Part shown: positions 18,446 through 20,000 of the stretch, one piece after another | Layout: every line of letters begins with the position of its first letter | How positions within the stretch are numbered: position 1 is the stretch's first letter | Notes under the pieces: model-generated | The model's input: only the letters and a program-made list of their open reading frames with translations | Database searches by the model: none | What the model was told of the DNA's origin: nothing | Assembly (NCBI GenBank): GCA_035650735.1 | Contig: DASRGZ010000120.1 | Coordinates: 45,405 to 65,404, forward strand | DNA: 20,000 nt | Direction: 5' to 3' | From: Chthonomonadaceae bacterium | GTDB taxonomy: Bacteria; Armatimonadota; Chthonomonadetes; Chthonomonadales; Chthonomonadaceae | Made by a program: the position numbers and the translations under genes

Positions 18446-19741
18446 ATGACGCTCCAGCCTGCCCCGACTGCGGGGGATACGTCCTGGTTTACGCACGACC
18501 GCTTCGGCATGTTTATCCACTGGGGACTCTATGCGCTTCCGGCCCGGCACGAGTGGGTCAAGAGCATGGAACGGATAGATAACGAAACCTATCAGAAATA
18601 CTTCAAGCACTTCGACCCCGACCTCTACGACCCGGAACTCTGGGCCAGAGTCGCCGCCAACGCGGGGATGAAATACTTTGTGGTCACGACCAAGCATCAC
18701 GAGGGGTTCTGCCTCTGGGATTCTCAGCTTACCGACTACAAGGCGACCAACACACCCTATGGCAAGGACTTGCTCAAGCCGATGGTGGAGGCGTTTCGTG
18801 GGCAGGGCCTCAAAGTCGGCTTCTACCATTCCCTGCTGGATTGGCACCACCCGGATTATACCGTGGATCAGCCTCACCCCATGCGGGACAACCAGGCGTA
18901 CATCGAAGCTGACAAAGACCGCGACATCAACAGATATGTGGACTACCTGTTCGGGCAGACGCGGGAGTTGCTGACCCAGTTCGGCAAGGTGGACATCCTC
19001 TGGTACGATTTCTCCGTCGCGCCGACCGAGCGGTTTGCCGGGAAGGGCAAGGAGACATGGAAGAGCGAGGAGCTTATTAAGCTGGTGCGCGAACTCCAGC
19101 CCAACATCATCCTCAACGACCGCCTGCAAATTGACCAGGACGTCAAGACGCCGGAGCAGTACCAGCCGCGCGAGTGGGTGCGGGTCAACGGGGAACCGGT
19201 AGTCTGGGAGGCGTGCCAGACGTTCAGCGGCTCCTGGGGCTATCACCGGGACGAGGAGAGCTGGAAGAGCGTGGATATGCTCGTGCAAATGCTAATTGAC
19301 ACGGTCAGCAAGGGCGGCAATCTGCTGCTCAACGTCGGGCCTACCGGGCGCGGCGAGTTCGACGAGCGGGCGCTGGATCGGCTGTCCGGCATGGGAGAGT
19401 GGATGAAGCGCCACAACCGTTCCATCTACGGCTGCACGCAGGCCCCGGAGGAATTCGCCTGCCCGCAGGACTGCCGCTACACCTACAACCCGCAAACGAA
19501 CCGGCTGTATTTGCACGTCTTCGCCTGGCCCTTCCGGCACCTGCATATAGACGGCATAGGCGAGCGAGTAGAGTACGCACAGCTTCTCAACGACGCCTCC
19601 GAGATCAAGATGCTCAAGCGCGTGCCGGAAGCCTCCTATGGAGCGATGAAGGAGTCGCGCGAGACCACGCTGCTCACGCTGGAACTGCCCGTAAAAAAGC
19701 CCCACGTCACCGTGCCGGTCATCGAGTTATTCTTGAAATAG
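18446..19741 (+). CDS. Alpha-L-fucosidase (GH29), ~431 aa
   Basis: WF..DRFGMFIHWGLY, AGMKYFVVTTKHHEGFCLWDS, GFYHSLLDW, nucleophile motif ILWYDF, WEACQT..SWGY and KGGNLLLNVGP. GAGGAGG Shine-Dalgarno before ATG 18446. Confidence 0.95.
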   Translation: MTLQPAPTAGDTSWFTHDRFGMFIHWGLYALPARHEWVKSMERIDNETYQKYFKHFDPDLYDPELWARVAANAGMKYFVVTTKHHEGFCLWDSQLTDYKATNTPYGKDLLKPMVEAFRGQGLKVGFYHSLLDWHHPDYTVDQPHPMRDNQAYIEADKDRDINRYVDYLFGQTRELLTQFGKVDILWYDFSVAPTERFAGKGKETWKSEELIKLVRELQPNIILNDRLQIDQDVKTPEQYQPREWVRVNGEPVVWEACQTFSGSWGYHRDEESWKSVDMLVQMLIDTVSKGGNLLLNVGPTGRGEFDERALDRLSGMGEWMKRHNRSIYGCTQAPEEFACPQDCRYTYNPQTNRLYLHVFAWPFRHLHIDGIGERVEYAQLLNDASEIKMLKRVPEASYGAMKESRETTLLTLELPVKKPHVTVPVIELFLK

Positions 19742-19783
19742 CTCCTCCATGGGCAACTTATCACTGCATCCGGCGCGTAACTG

Positions 19784-19792
19784 TGCTATAAT
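19784..19792 (+). promoter_or_regulatory. Putative extended -10 promoter (TGcTATAAT)
   Basis: Perfect TATAAT at 19787-19792 preceded by TG, with only a weak -35. It points towards the repeat element and the window end. Confidence 0.45.
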
Positions 19793-19869
19793 AGCGATCG
19801 GAGAAGGCCCCATCGGGCATTTCCTCTATGTTATCCGCTTACTGAGAGTATCTACGGAAACCCGGCTGT

Positions 19870-20000
19870 GCCCGGCCCTAAAGGACCGGGCTGTGGGCGG
19901 CAAGCCCCCTGAAGGGGGCTAACCTTCCTTCTTATAGCTCCTATAGGGGGCTAACCCACCCCTCGTAGCCCGCTTGAGCGGGCTTGCCGTCCGCAGCCCA
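19870..20000. repeat. Multi-hairpin REP/REPIN-like element, copy 2 (truncated at window end)
   Basis: First 39 nt are identical to 5638-5676, with ~87% identity overall by hand alignment. Same orientation and same hairpin layout as copy 1. Confidence 0.85.

Noticed and set aside
18164..19288. N-terminal 375 aa of the 1499-aa minus-strand ORF
   Set aside because: It is antisense to the GH29 gene and runs through a repeat. The Shine-Dalgarno and signal peptide place the real start at 18163.

Overview
GC-rich bacterial chromosomal window, densely coding, with no phage, CRISPR array, tRNA/rRNA or transposase gene. Left to right: GH2 beta-mannosidase-like glycosidase (-), divergent CE4/NodB-like deacetylase (+), mreD-mreC-mreB operon (-), divergent ArsR-HTH/DUF2087-type regulator (+) with a near-consensus sigma70 promoter overlapped by three palindromic CTAATTAG boxes, FGGY/xylulokinase-like kinase (-), SAM methyltransferase (-), universal stress protein (-), MacB-like ABC permease and long MacA/HlyD-like adaptor with no ATPase (-), a ~1124-aa secreted multidomain clan GH-A glycoside hydrolase (-), and a GH29 alpha-L-fucosidase (+). 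The least explained structure is non-coding, with at least three unrelated palindromic repeat families in the intergenic gaps. (1) A ~150-bp REPIN/IS200-IS605-end-like multi-hairpin element occurs in two ~87%-identical copies with structure-preserving changes, one copy inside the mreB-mreC junction. (2) CCCTCACCCC..CCCTCTCCC-N7-GGGAGAGGG hairpins occur at three loci. (3) A ~50-bp imperfect inverted repeat is built from 9-nt units. I cannot show a new biological system from sequence alone. The best leads are these repeat elements, the CTAATTAG operator and the multidomain GH-A protein. Protein calls come from motif recognition, not database searches.
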